Source: Octopus vulgaris
Taxonomy: Eukaryota
Length of the DNA: 64,000 nucleotides
Direction of reading: 5' to 3'
Assembly: GCA_951406725.2 (NCBI GenBank)
Contig: OX597830.1
Span: 10,664,001-10,728,000, forward strand
Positions 1 through 11,298 of this stretch are shown here, piece after piece (within the stretch, counting starts at the first letter, position 1; the number at the start of each line of letters is the position of its first letter). The notes under the pieces were generated by a model that was not told the origin of the DNA, made no database searches, and saw only the letters and a list, made by a program, of their open reading frames with translations. The position numbers and the translations under genes are program-made.

Positions 1-111
1 ATTATATATATACATATATTCATATATATATATATATATATACATATATATATACACAAATATATACATATATATACACACATATATATATACATATATA
101 TATATACACAA

Positions 112-142
<31 letters not shown>

Positions 143-145
143 CAC

Positions 146-182
<37 letters not shown>

Positions 183-440
183 CAAGGATATATATATATA
201 CACACAAATATATTTATATACATATATATACAAGGATATATATATATATGAAAGCTCAAGTAGTGGTTTTAAACCATGTCAATATATACATACTAAATTT
301 GTTCATATATCATACGATATATATTTATTTTGTTTCTAAGTTTTTACTTATTAAGTGTCACAGTGGGAGGTGCTTTAATATGTTTTTTTATTGATGTTTT
401 AGTTTCGTTTTCATTTTTTTTTTTTTTTTTTTTTTTCTAG

Positions 441-522
441 TCTGACTACATTACCAGGCCTCAGACTCAGAGGAAGTCTCCGGAGGAAAAAGAAATGTTC
501 GACTCTTGAATCAGTCTGGTGA
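441..522 (+). CDS. Probable exon of an unidentified gene (terminal exon, or 78-bp internal exon 441-518)
   Basis: Poly-T tract ending ttctAG at 440, then non-repetitive, more GC-rich sequence. Frame from 441: SDYITRPQTQRKSPEEKEMFDS* (TGA 507-509). Frame from 442: LTTLPGLRLRGSLRRKKKCSTLESVW* (TGA 520-522). Possible donor TG|GTGAGC at 519; AATAAA at 714-719. Product not recognised. Confidence 0.45.
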
Positions 523-586
523 GCAGATTATACTGATATCCGTGTTCATACGATATACAGTGGCAGGTCACAATGCTATTAATACT

Positions 587-731
587 TGTGATAAGTTGAT
601 ACGAGGCAAACTAGATGCGATACCTCCGTAGTGAACCGTACCTTGCCTCAAATGCATTTTTTGTCATGTAAAGAATGTGATATCAACAGTTGGGATGTGA
701 TAACAATTCTGTGAATAAAAAGCTTGTGATA
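587..731 (+). promoter_or_regulatory. Cluster of four TGTGATA (K-box / miR-2 family seed matches) in putative 3' UTR
   Basis: TGTGATA at 587, 676, 696 and 725, just downstream of the stop codons of the candidate exon. Confidence 0.35.
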
Positions 732-950
732 TCAAGCAAGTATTTGTGTTTAAATATGTGTGAGATATCAACAATTTGAGGTTTTATTTGCAAGTATAGC
801 AAATGGATATGTTAGTAATTTTGGTTGGAAATAGTGTAAGTTGTATGATACATTCAGAAAAGGTTTACAACAAAAAGATACCCTCATGAGGTAGGGTAGT
901 AATTGACACATAGAACAATGGCATTGGCATATATAATAATATGCATGCCA

Positions 951-1535
951 AAGGTGCATGGCTCAGTGGTTAGATTAATCGGCAGCGAGCTGGCAGAAAC
1001 GTTAGCACGCCGTGCGAAATGCTTAGCGGTATTTCGTCTGCGTTATGTTGTGAGTTCAAATTCCGCCGAGGTCGACTTTGCCTTTCATCCTTTCGGGGTC
1101 GATAAATTAAGTACCAGTTACGCACTGGGGTCGATGTAATCGACTTAATACCTATGTCTGTCCTTGTTTGTCCCCTCTGTGTTTAGCCCCTTGTGGGTAA
1201 TAAAGAAATAGGTTAGAGTATCAGGATCACAATCATGAGATAGTGAGTTCAATTCCCAGGCTGCGTGTTGTGTTCTTGAGCAAGACACTTTATTTCATGT
1301 TGCTCCAGTTTGCTCAGCTGGCAAAAATAAGTTGTGACATCACAGGTGGCAAGCTGTATCGGCCCCTTTGCCTTTCCCTTGGATAACATCAGTGGCATGC
1401 AGAGGGGAGGCTGATATGCATGGGCGACTACTGGTCTTCCATTTACAACCTTACCTGGACTTGTGTCTCAGAGAGGAACTTTCTAGGTGCAATCCCATGG
1501 TCATTCATGACTGAAGGGGAGTCTTTACCCTTTAC
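951..1535 (+). mobile_element. tRNA-derived SINE (family D, head H1) interrupted by a family A SINE
   Basis: Head GGTGCATGGCTCAGTGGTTAGA at ~953-974 resumes at 1211 with B box GAGTTCAATTC and CTTGAGCAAGACACTT; TSD GGTTAGA at 968-974 and 1211-1217. Confidence 0.8.
981..1210 (+). mobile_element. SINE family A, long-tail variant
   Basis: GAGCTGGCAGAAACGTTAGCAC head, B box GAGTTCAAATTCC, core GTCGACTTTGCCTTTCATCCTTTCGGGGTCGATAAATTAAGTACCAG (resembles the Meta/MESC SINE domain from memory); more than 30 copies in the window. Confidence 0.85.
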
Positions 1536-1930
1536 CCGTAGCAAAACAAGGTAACATCTTTGTTAATATAATAGACATACATCAATACATGTGTATGTGT
1601 GTGTATATGTGTATATTTCATAGGGATATGCTTAGTTCTGGATAATCAAAATCTATACTAGAACTTATAAGTAAGCTATAGCACGGTTAACTATCCTTAG
1701 GGACAGACATATTTGTTATACATTATTTACATTATTTACATTTCACAGATATTTGTCCTCATCATGTTGTTAACACACTTCTTAAATATAGAACTGTATA
1801 TTTGTTATATATAAAAAATGACAATCAAAAACATAGAACATTTTGTGAATTTGCCTGTCATTCATTGCCTAAGAGTGTGACACAAAAATCTGTGACAGAT
1901 TCCAAAGTTTTGAGCCATATATCATCATTA

Positions 1931-2155
1931 AGGTAGTGATTTGGTAAAATCGTTAGCACCCTGGGCAAAATGCTTAGCAATATCTCACCTGTATTTACGT
2001 TCCTGTATTTACGTTCCGAGTTCAAACTCCACTGAGGTCAACTTTGCCTTTCATCCTTTCAGGGTCCATAAAGTACCAGTTGAACACTGGGGTCAATCTA
2101 ATCAACTTAACTCTTGACCCAAGATTGCTGGTCTTGTGCCGAAATCTGTAACCAT
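1931..2155 (+). mobile_element. SINE family A
   Basis: Same head, B box and core as 981-1210. Confidence 0.8.
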
Positions 2156-2694
2156 TATATATCATCATCCTCATCATCATCATCAATGTCCACTTCTCCA
2201 TGTTTGCATGGTCCAAAGTACCACACAATGGGACTGACCCTGAAGCCATGTGACTGGTAATCAAACACCTTAGCAACACATCCATTCCTGTGTCCACATG
2301 ATGGTAATTATAGCCAGATCTTTTAATAATTTATGCTAGGAAGTAACCATTTTTTGTCTGTCAGTCTTTCTATCTTTGTGTAGTGAAAACACACCAATAT
2401 CTTCAGACTTATGAAAATAAGAACTAGAGGGGTTAGGGGTGACCAGAACCTCCACAATACCAAATAATTATAACTTTTGGCTAAGATATTCTCTGTAAGA
2501 ATATATAAATTTCTTTCATCTACGCTTAATCTCCGCAGCCATCGTAGAGTAGCATGTTAGCTATGGAAGATCATCTTGGTCACCTTTGTAGGAGAGGATT
2601 TCACCAATATCATCAGATCAAGCATGAAATATGGTTAAGTAAGGTTTAAATGATGATAAATATCAGAGTGAGTTATCAACAGTAGCAGAAACAC

Positions 2695-3130
2695 ATCGTG
2701 ATGTAAATATGCCATTTGAATATGGCTAACCCCTAAGGGTGGATGCTACTGTAGTTTTTAGCCCCAGGAAGACATCTCCTCCAGCTGGCTATAGACGTAC
2801 TTTCTGTGCCCGTATTTGTAAAGAGAACCTCCTTCCTATCGACAACTGTGATTGTCACACGCTGATGATAGGTCAATACCTTGAAACTCGGGTCCGTGTG
2901 TATCATAAGTTGAAGACGGGAAGGATGGCTTCCATTTGCAAATACTGATGTAGGCACAGAAAGTATGTCTATAGCCAGCTGGACAACTGTGATGTCACTC
3001 TGATGGGGCTAAAAACTACAGTAACATGGTCCGTGTGTATCATAAGTTGAAGAAGGAAAGATGGTAATACAAGCAAGAAATATTGAAGAATTCTTTGAAA
3101 TAATTTCAAATGGCATGTTTACATCACGAT
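2695..3130. mobile_element. Foldback (inverted-repeat) element with hammerhead ribozyme at its apex
   Basis: 2695-2720 pairs with 3105-3130 and 2781-2810 with 2953-2982. Arms are homologous to the elements at 50.7, 57.5 and 63.4 kb. The right arm is partly scrambled (2983-3104). Confidence 0.75.
2856..2900 (+). ncRNA. Minimal type I hammerhead ribozyme, intact core
   Basis: CACACG-CTGATGA-tAGGTcaatACCTt-GAAA-ctcggg-TC-CGTGTG: perfect 6-bp stem I, canonical core, 4-bp stem II, near-palindromic stem III, GUC cleavage triplet ending at 2894. Confidence 0.8.
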
Positions 3131-3557
3131 AAGGTTTAAATGGTTTAACAGGAAAGCTTTCACAGATTACACAAAGGATTAATGGATCAACTATTGTATG
3201 CTGTTTCAGCCAAGAATCTTAGACTGAAATAGCAGACCAAATATTGGGTCTTACTACTATTGGGGATCTCTTCTGGTGAAAGCACATCAGTAACCTTTTT
3301 GTATTTCTTTTGAAATATGCTGCCTTTGTTTCAGTTCATTTAGAAATATTGAAGAATTTATTGAAATAATTCTCCCATTATTAAGCTGGACTTAAGAACA
3401 TAAAAAAAACATGGAATTTCGTTGGAAGGTTTTAATTTCAATTACTTTAAAGCAAGAAGGTTCCACCATAGAATCAGGAGAAATTTCAGGCAGATTAGTA
3501 TCAAAAGTGTTTAGGAAGGTTTGAAACAGCATTTATCAGTGAATGGAGGGTCTGTGT

Positions 3558-3986
3558 AACCCGTTCTATTGAAATACACTGCATTTATTTCAATGAATTT
3601 TGAAAATAACGAAGAATTTAGCAAAAGAACTGTGTGTTTATTAAGCTGGCATTAGGTGATGAGTTAGCAGAATTGTTAGCATGCCAGACAAAACGGCTAT
3701 GGCATTTCGTTTGTCTACGCATCTGAGTTCAAATTCCAAGGTCAACTTTGCCTTTCATCTTTTCAGGGTTGATGAAATAATTACCAGTTCAGCGCTGGGG
3801 GTCGGTGTAATCAACATACCACACAACCCCAAAATTGCAGACCTTGTGCCAATTGTAGAAAAGATTATTAAACTAAAGTTAAAACATAAATTAAAATACA
3901 ATTTCAAAAGAAAGTCTTTATTTAGATAGGAATTAATATACTAGAAGTATGTACAGTCTGGGGTAGGTTGGCATGAAAAGGGTTAA
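3558..3986. mobile_element. TTAA-bounded non-autonomous DNA element split by a family A SINE (3654-3870)
   Basis: Starts taacccg and ends aaagggttaa; related copies at 3291-3512, 56662-56805 and 61155-61180. Confidence 0.5.
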
Positions 3987-4129
3987 CATACAACTGCATC
4001 CCAAAGAAAGGGCTTGCTCCTAAAACATAATTACACTCTACTTGGTAAAGCTTGTCTATGAAGGGCTCTGCCACATCAACCGTTTTTCCCTACCCACAGT
4101 TCATCCCCTAACACCTAATAAGCAGCGGT

Positions 4130-4372
4130 GATGGTGCCACGTGAAATGCACTGGTACCAGTGATACACAAAAAGCACTTGTGATGGTGTCATGCAAAAGG
4201 CACTGGAGGTGGTGCCACACAAAGGGCGCCCAGTAAACTCTGTAGAAACCAAGCCAAAACAGATTATGGAAACTATTGCAGCTCCTGGCCTTGCCAGCTC
4301 CTGTCAAACCACACAACCCATGCCAGCATGGGAAAACAGATGCTAAATGATGATGATGATGATGATAATGAT
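4130..4372 (+). mobile_element. Family C repeat, degenerate
   Basis: Ends caacccatgccagcatggg...aaatgatgatgat with a (GAT)n tail. Confidence 0.6.
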
Positions 4373-4399
4373 GAAGGCTCAATTGAGGCCCACAATAAA

Positions 4400-5200
4400 G
4401 TGCTGCTCCGACATCTGAAAGAAGCTGCTGCTGCACACACAAACATCCTAGACCTCTTCCAGACAAGAGTTTCTCAGCCAATTTGCTTTTTCAGTCAAGC
4501 ACAGAACCATTCCAGACTCACACCTACAGGTGTGCTGGCTCTTCTATCTTTTCTGTTGCTATCATAATGGCTTTTTAAGGCAACAAGCTGGCAGAACCGT
4601 TAGCACGCTGGGCAAAATGCTTAGCGGTATTTCGTCTGCCACTACGTTGTGAGTTCAAATTCCGCTGAGGTCAACTTTGCCTTTCATCTTGACAGGATTG
4701 ATTAAATAAATACCAGTTACACACTGGGGGTCAATATAATCGACTTAATCCCTTTGTCTGTCCTTGTTTGTCCCCTCTGTGTTTAGCCCTTGTGGGTAGT
4801 AAAGAAATAGGTATTTCGTCAGTCTTCACATTCTGAGTTCAAATTCCGCAGAGGTCAACCTTGCCTTTCATCTTGACAGGATTGATAAATTAAATACCAG
4901 TGAGATACTGGGGTTGATATAATCAGCTAGTCTCCTCCCCACAAATTTCAGGCCTTGTGCCTTAGTAGAAAGAATTTTAATGGCCTTTGTTCCTCAAGAT
5001 GACTACACTTCACCTATGGTCTCTGAACTTCTTTTGTCACCCTTGTTGCAACCAGCCCAAACTAACCTGTAGAAAGCACCATGTTCAATCCTCCCTCCCC
5101 AGAACTTCATCCCACTGGAATCTTTTCCCTTCTCATGTTTTTACGGCAAATGTTGACCTACAACAGTTGAAACAGAACATCAACTGTGTCAATCTCACCT
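4400..5200 (+). pseudogene. Decayed CR1/Jockey-group LINE ORF2 C-terminus, interrupted by SINE A copies
   Basis: Translations ..CCYHNG / NGLCSS.. and SSLPRTSSHWNLFPSHVFTANVDLQQLKQNIN resemble the FYRYY.G.CS and SF.PRT..WN.LP..VF....L..FK..N motifs of such ORF2 tails. Confidence 0.6.
4577..4975 (+). mobile_element. Nested pair of family A SINEs
   Basis: Two cores; flanked by TAATGGCTTTT (4565) and TAATGGCCTTT (4978); GGTATTTCGTC occurs at both 4626 and 4810. Confidence 0.8.
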
Positions 5201-5524
5201 GCAAAGATCATGGGTGCTGCACCTCCATCCAGGCTTAGCAAATAAAAAGAACCATACCAAAACTCTTGAAACCATTGAAAATAATTTTAGTGAAGAACGG
5301 TGTGTATGTGTGTGTGTGTGTGTGTGTTTGTAAAAATCAGATTATTTTGTACTTGATTCAATTTTAAGGCCACAGACTGCCATTATACATTACGCCTGAT
5401 GTTTGTCATGCTACTACAGAAAGTCAAAAATAATTCAACTGATGGTTCCCACATCAAGCATGCGGAAACAGGAAATACAGCATCAGAATTAGATTCCTCT
5501 TATTCCATGTTACAGTTGGTTGCT

Positions 5525-5815
5525 AGCCCTGGTCAGGTGTACTATAGAAGATCTATGCTAGAGAAGTAGTACTAGTCAGGAGTACTATAGCATATCTGGT
5601 CCTGTCAGATGTGCTACAGAAGACCTGTGATAACGAGGTAGCCCTGAACTGGTGTACTATAGCACACCTATAATTTAGACATAGCTCTGTCAGGTGTACT
5701 ATAGAAGATATATAATATAGAGGTAGCCTGGATCAGGTATAGTACCTATGATATAGATATAACCCTATAGAAGATCTATGATATAGTGGTAGCCCTGTCA
5801 GGTGTAATATCAATG
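5525..5815. repeat. Degenerate minisatellite, unit ~42-45 bp, about 7 copies
   Basis: Recurrent tcaggtgtactatagaagatctatgatatagaggtagccct-like unit. Confidence 0.75.
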
Positions 5816-5827
5816 ATCCATGAAGAG

Positions 5828-6490
5828 AGACGAGCTGGCAGAAATGTTAGCGCGCTGGGCGAAATGCTTAGCAGTAGTTCATCTGTCTTTACGTTCTGAG
5901 TTCAAATTCTGCTGATATCAACTTTTCCTTTCATCCTTTTGGGGTCGATTAATTAAGTAACAATTGTGTACTGGGGTCAATTTAGTTGACTGGCCACCTC
6001 CCTCAAAATTTCAGGCCTTGTGTCTAGAGTAGAAAAGATTATTGATAATTGCTGTCAAGGCGGCAAGCTGACAGAAACATTAGTACGCCGGGCAAAATGC
6101 TTAGCAGTATTTCATTTGTCTTTACGTTCTGAGTTCAAATTCCGCCAAGGTCGACTTTGCCTTTCATCCTTTCAGGGTCGATTAATTAAATACCAATTTA
6201 ATTGACTGGCCACCTCCTCCAAAATTTCAGGCCTTGTGCCTAGAGTAGAAAAGATTATTGATTATTGCTGTCAAGGCGGCAAGCTGGCAGTAACATTAGT
6301 ACGCCAGGCAAAATGCTTAGTAGTATTTCGTCTGTCTTTACGTTCCGAGTTCAAATTAGACTGAGGTCGACTTTGCCTTTCATCCTTTCGGGATCAATAA
6401 ATTAAGTATAAGTTGTGTGCTGGGGTTGATCTAATCGACTGATCCCCTCCCCCCAAATTTCGGGCCTTGTGTCTAGAGTAGAAAAGAATA
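5828..6490 (+). mobile_element. Three head-to-tail family A SINEs
   Basis: Copies start near 5828, 6058 and 6273; the linker gattattgat(a/t)attgctgtcaaggcggcaagctg is repeated, which suggests tandem duplication. Confidence 0.85.
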
Positions 6491-6604
6491 TCAATGATCC
6501 AGGATATAGGGTCACTCTGTTGTACTTATTCATAGATAGACTTGTTCACATGACCAACCAAGTTGTTGTCAATTGCTACAGAGGTAGCCAACAGGGCAGG
6601 TACT

Positions 6605-6654
<50 letters not shown>

Positions 6655-6793
6655 TACGGAGATGTACTTGCATAGCGAGTGACTTGATCTGAGATTGTGT
6701 GCTGGAACGAAAACAATTGCAGTATGGAAGGTGTTTATAAGCCAGTTAAGAAACACACAAAACCGTTAGATTCACTTCAACATTTAAATTTAA

Positions 6794-6844
6794 TTTGTCA
6801 AAACATTTTCGTCGCTTTGAGACCACGACCTGTTCACTGACAAA
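6794..6844 (-). ncRNA. Type I hammerhead ribozyme variant with G3:C8 core
   Basis: Minus strand: TTTGTCA-GTGAACA-g-GTCGtggtctcaaagCGAC-GAAA-atgt-TT-TGACAAA. Perfect 7-bp stem I, 4-5 bp stem II, core GUGAACA in place of CUGAnGA. Confidence 0.65.
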
Positions 6845-7489
6845 GCTTCGTGCTGCATCTGCAGCACACTCTGTGTAGACTTTTAGGCTAGCTCCTGTGG
6901 AGGACTAATTGGGCCTGTGACCCCAAACTAATGAAAGCAATAATAATAAAGCATTTATCGGTACCCAACTAATACAGTGTTACCCTATCAATATGGTATT
7001 AGTTTGAATTTAGTTTAAATGAAAATGTTCTAAGGTTACAAATCTTTGGAGTCCTTTTAAAAAGTTGAATTTTCAACTGTTGGTATACAACAAATCCTCA
7101 TGCAGATCTGATCCCAATGCTGGATGTTCAAGGACCAAATGGAAGGCAGATTTTCAATCCCAAGATCATCCTGATTCCAAAACATGTATAATATGTCTAT
7201 GTAGAGCAAATATAGACTGATATACAGGGGTCCCAGACGGACAGACAGAATTTTGCATTTATTCATCATCATCATCATCATCATTTAACGTCTATTGTCC
7301 ATGCTGGTATGGGTTGGACAGTTTGACTGGGCTGATTTGGCATGGTTTTCGATGGCCTGATGCCCTTCCTAATACCAACCACTCTAAGAGTCTGGTGCAG
7401 CCTTCCAGAATGCCAGCCCGGTCAAACTGTCCAACCCATGCCAGCATCAATAATGGACGTTAAATGAAGATGATGATGATGATGATTCT

Positions 7490-7900
7490 TTTATTCTCTC
7501 TTTTACTTGTTCCAGTCATTTGACTGTGGCCATGCTGGAGCACTACATTTAGTCGAACAAATCAACCCCCAGGACTTATACTTTGTAAGCCTAGTACTTA
7601 TTCTAAAAGGGTCTTTTGCCGAACTGCTAAGTTACAGGGACATAAACACACCAGCATCGGTTGTTAAGCAATGTTGGGGAGACAAACACAGACACACAAA
7701 CATACACACACACATATATATATAAATACATATATATGACAGGCTTCTTTCAGTTTCCATCTACCAAATCCACTCACAAGGCTTAGGACAGACCGAGGCT
7801 ATAGTAGAAGACACTTGCCCAAGGTGCCACGCAGTGGGACTGAACCGGGAACCATGTGGTTGGTAAGCAAACTACTTACCACACAGCCACTCCTATGCCT
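7490..7900 (-). mobile_element. SINE family B
   Basis: Minus strand: GGAGTGGCTGTGTGGTAAG head, B box GGTTCAGTCCC, CORE-like CCTTGGGCAAGTGTCTTCTACTATAGCC, internal (TA/TG)n, tail ..GACTGGAACAAGTAAAAGAG. Confidence 0.85.
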
Positions 7901-8054
7901 ATGATGATGATGAAGAAACACAAAATTCCGTCTGTCTGTCTGTCTGTCCAGGATCCCTGTATCATTGCTTATATTTGTTCTACATTGATATCCCTTCTTT
8001 GGAATTAGGATGATCCTGAGATCAAAACTCTGCCCTCCATTTGGGTTCTTGGCC

Positions 8055-8264
<210 letters not shown>

Positions 8265-8737
8265 GTACCACTAAATCCTTTGCATCCTGTTTTTCTTTTG
8301 ATAAATATATATATGTATATATATATATATGTGTATATCTATGTCTGTGTTATTGCGTATATGTGAAGGAATGTCTGCACACATCAGTGTGTGTACATGG
8401 ATTTACACGTGTATGTATATGCATGTGTTTACATGCATACATGTATAATACATGTGTGTATGTTTCTGTGCATGGATACAAGCATGTGCGTTAGTGTTTG
8501 TTTGTGAAGGCTGTATGTGTACGTGTACATGTGTGTGTACGTGTGCGTGCATGCGTGTGTGTGTGTGTGTGTGAATTAGTGTGTGTGCTAATTATGGTTG
8601 TACACATAGATTCTGAGTAAACATACATCAATTCAAGGAAATGTTTGCATATAGAAAAAAATATACATTTGCAGGTGTTTGGATGTTGATATATATGCAT
8701 GGGTGTGTTCAAATATTATATCTATACATCTATAAAT

Positions 8738-8787
<50 letters not shown>

Positions 8788-9242
8788 GTGTGTGTGTATA
8801 CACACATATACACATACAAGCTATTCTTAGTCATAAAACTAAGTAGGTAACTTTGAATGAAGTACTCAATACAATCTGTAATGTAGAGTTTTAAAATTCT
8901 TATTCCAATATTGCCCCTGTAAGTAGAGCAATTCACTTCATATCCCATTCAACTCTTCATCACCAAAGTGTTCATCCCCAGATGAAGGACTGAATGCAGC
9001 TAGAAATGAAGGGGTAGATGGATGGAGGCATGCGTACTTGTGTATTTGTAAGTATATATGATCTGAGGGGTTACCTTTCCTTACTTGCTTTGATTTGTAT
9101 ACATTCAGTTGTATGCATGACACTGAGCATGCATATTAATGCAATCATGAATTTATAATTTTTTCCATTCTAAAACCAATACTATATGAAAGAGGTGATG
9201 AAACGCCCATAAGTCTATGGAAGTCACATAGTGAAATAAATA

Positions 9243-9819
9243 CACAGAACTGTAGGAAGTATATAGACACCTTTAATTTTCAAAATTTCTGATCTAAGCA
9301 TCTTGATATGTTTTCAGCGGTGTAGAATTTACAATGTAATTATTTTGTTTCATTCCAAGTGCCATTATATTAAACATTTGTGAAGAGTAACCATGCCATG
9401 CACAAAAAATTCAGCAGAACTGTCAGATTTTCAAAGAGCTTGTATTGTTGGGCAATCAGAGGCTGGTCTTAGCCAGCAAAAAATTGCTGAAAATCCTCAA
9501 ATTCCTCTCGCTACTGTTGATAGGATTATAGTGCAATTCAAAAGCCAAGGAAAACAATCAACAGATTCTCGTCCCAGCCAACCTGGGCCCTAGGAAAGGA
9601 ATCTTTGCTGATTGAAGAGAATTGTATAAAACAAACCCCGTTCAAAGGCTTCTCACATTGCAAAACAGCTGGAAGTTAGTCCAAGAACACGTGTTACATA
9701 TCTGCATAAGCTTGGGTATTATGGATGAGCGGCAAAAGGAAACCTCTCCTTCAACCAGTTAATATCAAATAAAGGATTTTGAAAATTAAAGGTGTCTATT
9801 TACTTCCTGTATATCTGTG
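9243..9819 (+). mobile_element. Internally deleted Tc1-family DNA transposon
   Basis: ~43-bp TIRs (CACAGaactgtAGGAAGTATATAGACACCTTTAATTTTCAAAA and its inverse at 9777-9819); TA on both sides (9241-9242, 9820-9821). Confidence 0.9.
9393..9775 (+). pseudogene. Tc1 transposase N-terminal HTH region with stops; DDE domain deleted
   Basis: MPCTKNSAELSDFQRACIVGQSEAGLSQQKIAE..., continuing past stops as ..KPRSKASHIAKQLEVSPRTRVTYLHKLGYYG*AA..KPLLQPVNIK, typical of Tc1. Confidence 0.85.
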
Positions 9820-10258
9820 TATATATTTCAGGTGAGCATAATATATCATAAGAAATGCATCCATTATGTAAGAGCATCCTCATACACAACCAGGACACCT
9901 CATCTTTGCAATTCATCTCTTTGGAGATGTCACCAATTCATTTTCACTCTCTCTCCTAAATGTGAGCAGCCATGTGACCCTTCTGCAACAACAACCCTGC
10001 TCTACTCCATCCTCTTCTCTCATACCTTAACCTGTATCTAACTTAAGGACACCCCTACTTCTGAAGCTTTGTAGACTTGTAAGATGCAGGTCGATCTCAG
10101 CAGTGCAAATGATGCAAGGAAGGCACCCAGTACACACAATAAATTGGTTTGAAGGGCATCTGGCCATAGGAACCATACCAAAGCATATACAGACCTTGGG
10201 CTCATCAGATCCTTGTTAAACCATCCAACCCATGACAACAAAGAATATAGCTGTTAAC

Positions 10259-10298
<40 letters not shown>

Positions 10299-10424
10299 AA
10301 TATGCATGCATGGTATATATTTATAACTTTCTGTAATGAACTTCGCACAATGATTGTGAATGAGTGTGTCACTGTCACACAAGCAGTGTACTTCCTTTCA
10401 AATTTTTCATAAGAAAATCTCCCA

Positions 10425-10840
10425 TCCACATGGTTCCAGGTTCAGTCCTACAGCATGGCACCTTGGGGCGACTGTCTTCTGCTGTCGACTTGGGCCAAAC
10501 AAAGCTTTGTGAATGGATTTGGTGGACAGGAACTGAAAGAAACCCATTGTACATATACATGTGTGTGTGTGTGTGTGTGTGTGTATGTTTGCATATATAT
10601 ATATGTATATGTATGTATATGTATATATATGTATGCATATATATGCATATATCTATGTGTGTGTGTGTCTGTGTCTGTACCCCCATCACCACTTGACAAC
10701 TGGTGTTGGTGTATTTACATTCCCATAACTTAGCAGATTGGCAAAAGAGACTGATAGAATAAGTACTAGGCATCCAAAGAATAAGTCCTGATGTCGATTT
10801 GTTTGACTAAAACCCTTCAGAGCTGTGCAATGGCATGGCC
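10425..10840 (+). mobile_element. SINE family B, 5' truncated
   Basis: B box, CORE-like segment, internal microsatellite and 3' half are present. Confidence 0.75.
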
Positions 10841-11061
10841 GTAGGGAAAAATTGCCCTGCTTAGAAACAGCTGAAGGTTGGTGACAGGGAGGGCACCCAG
10901 CTGTAGAAAAACCTGATTCAATAGATTATATCTGTCCCATGCAAGCAAGGAAAAGCGACTGACATGTTGACAATATATATTCAAACCTGCAGAAATAAAA
11001 TCTGTTCAATCTGTTGTGTGTGTGTGTATGTATGTGATTGTTTATATATATGTGTGTGTGC

Positions 11062-11184
<123 letters not shown>

Positions 11185-11188
11185 CACA

Positions 11189-11224
<36 letters not shown>

Positions 11225-11251
11225 CATATATACACATACAGACATATATAT

Positions 11252-11298
<47 letters not shown>

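Noticed and set aside
5525-5815. Repeat-spacer look reminiscent of CRISPR
   Set aside because: Eukaryotic context, the intervening parts are related to each other, and there are no cas genes; it is a minisatellite.
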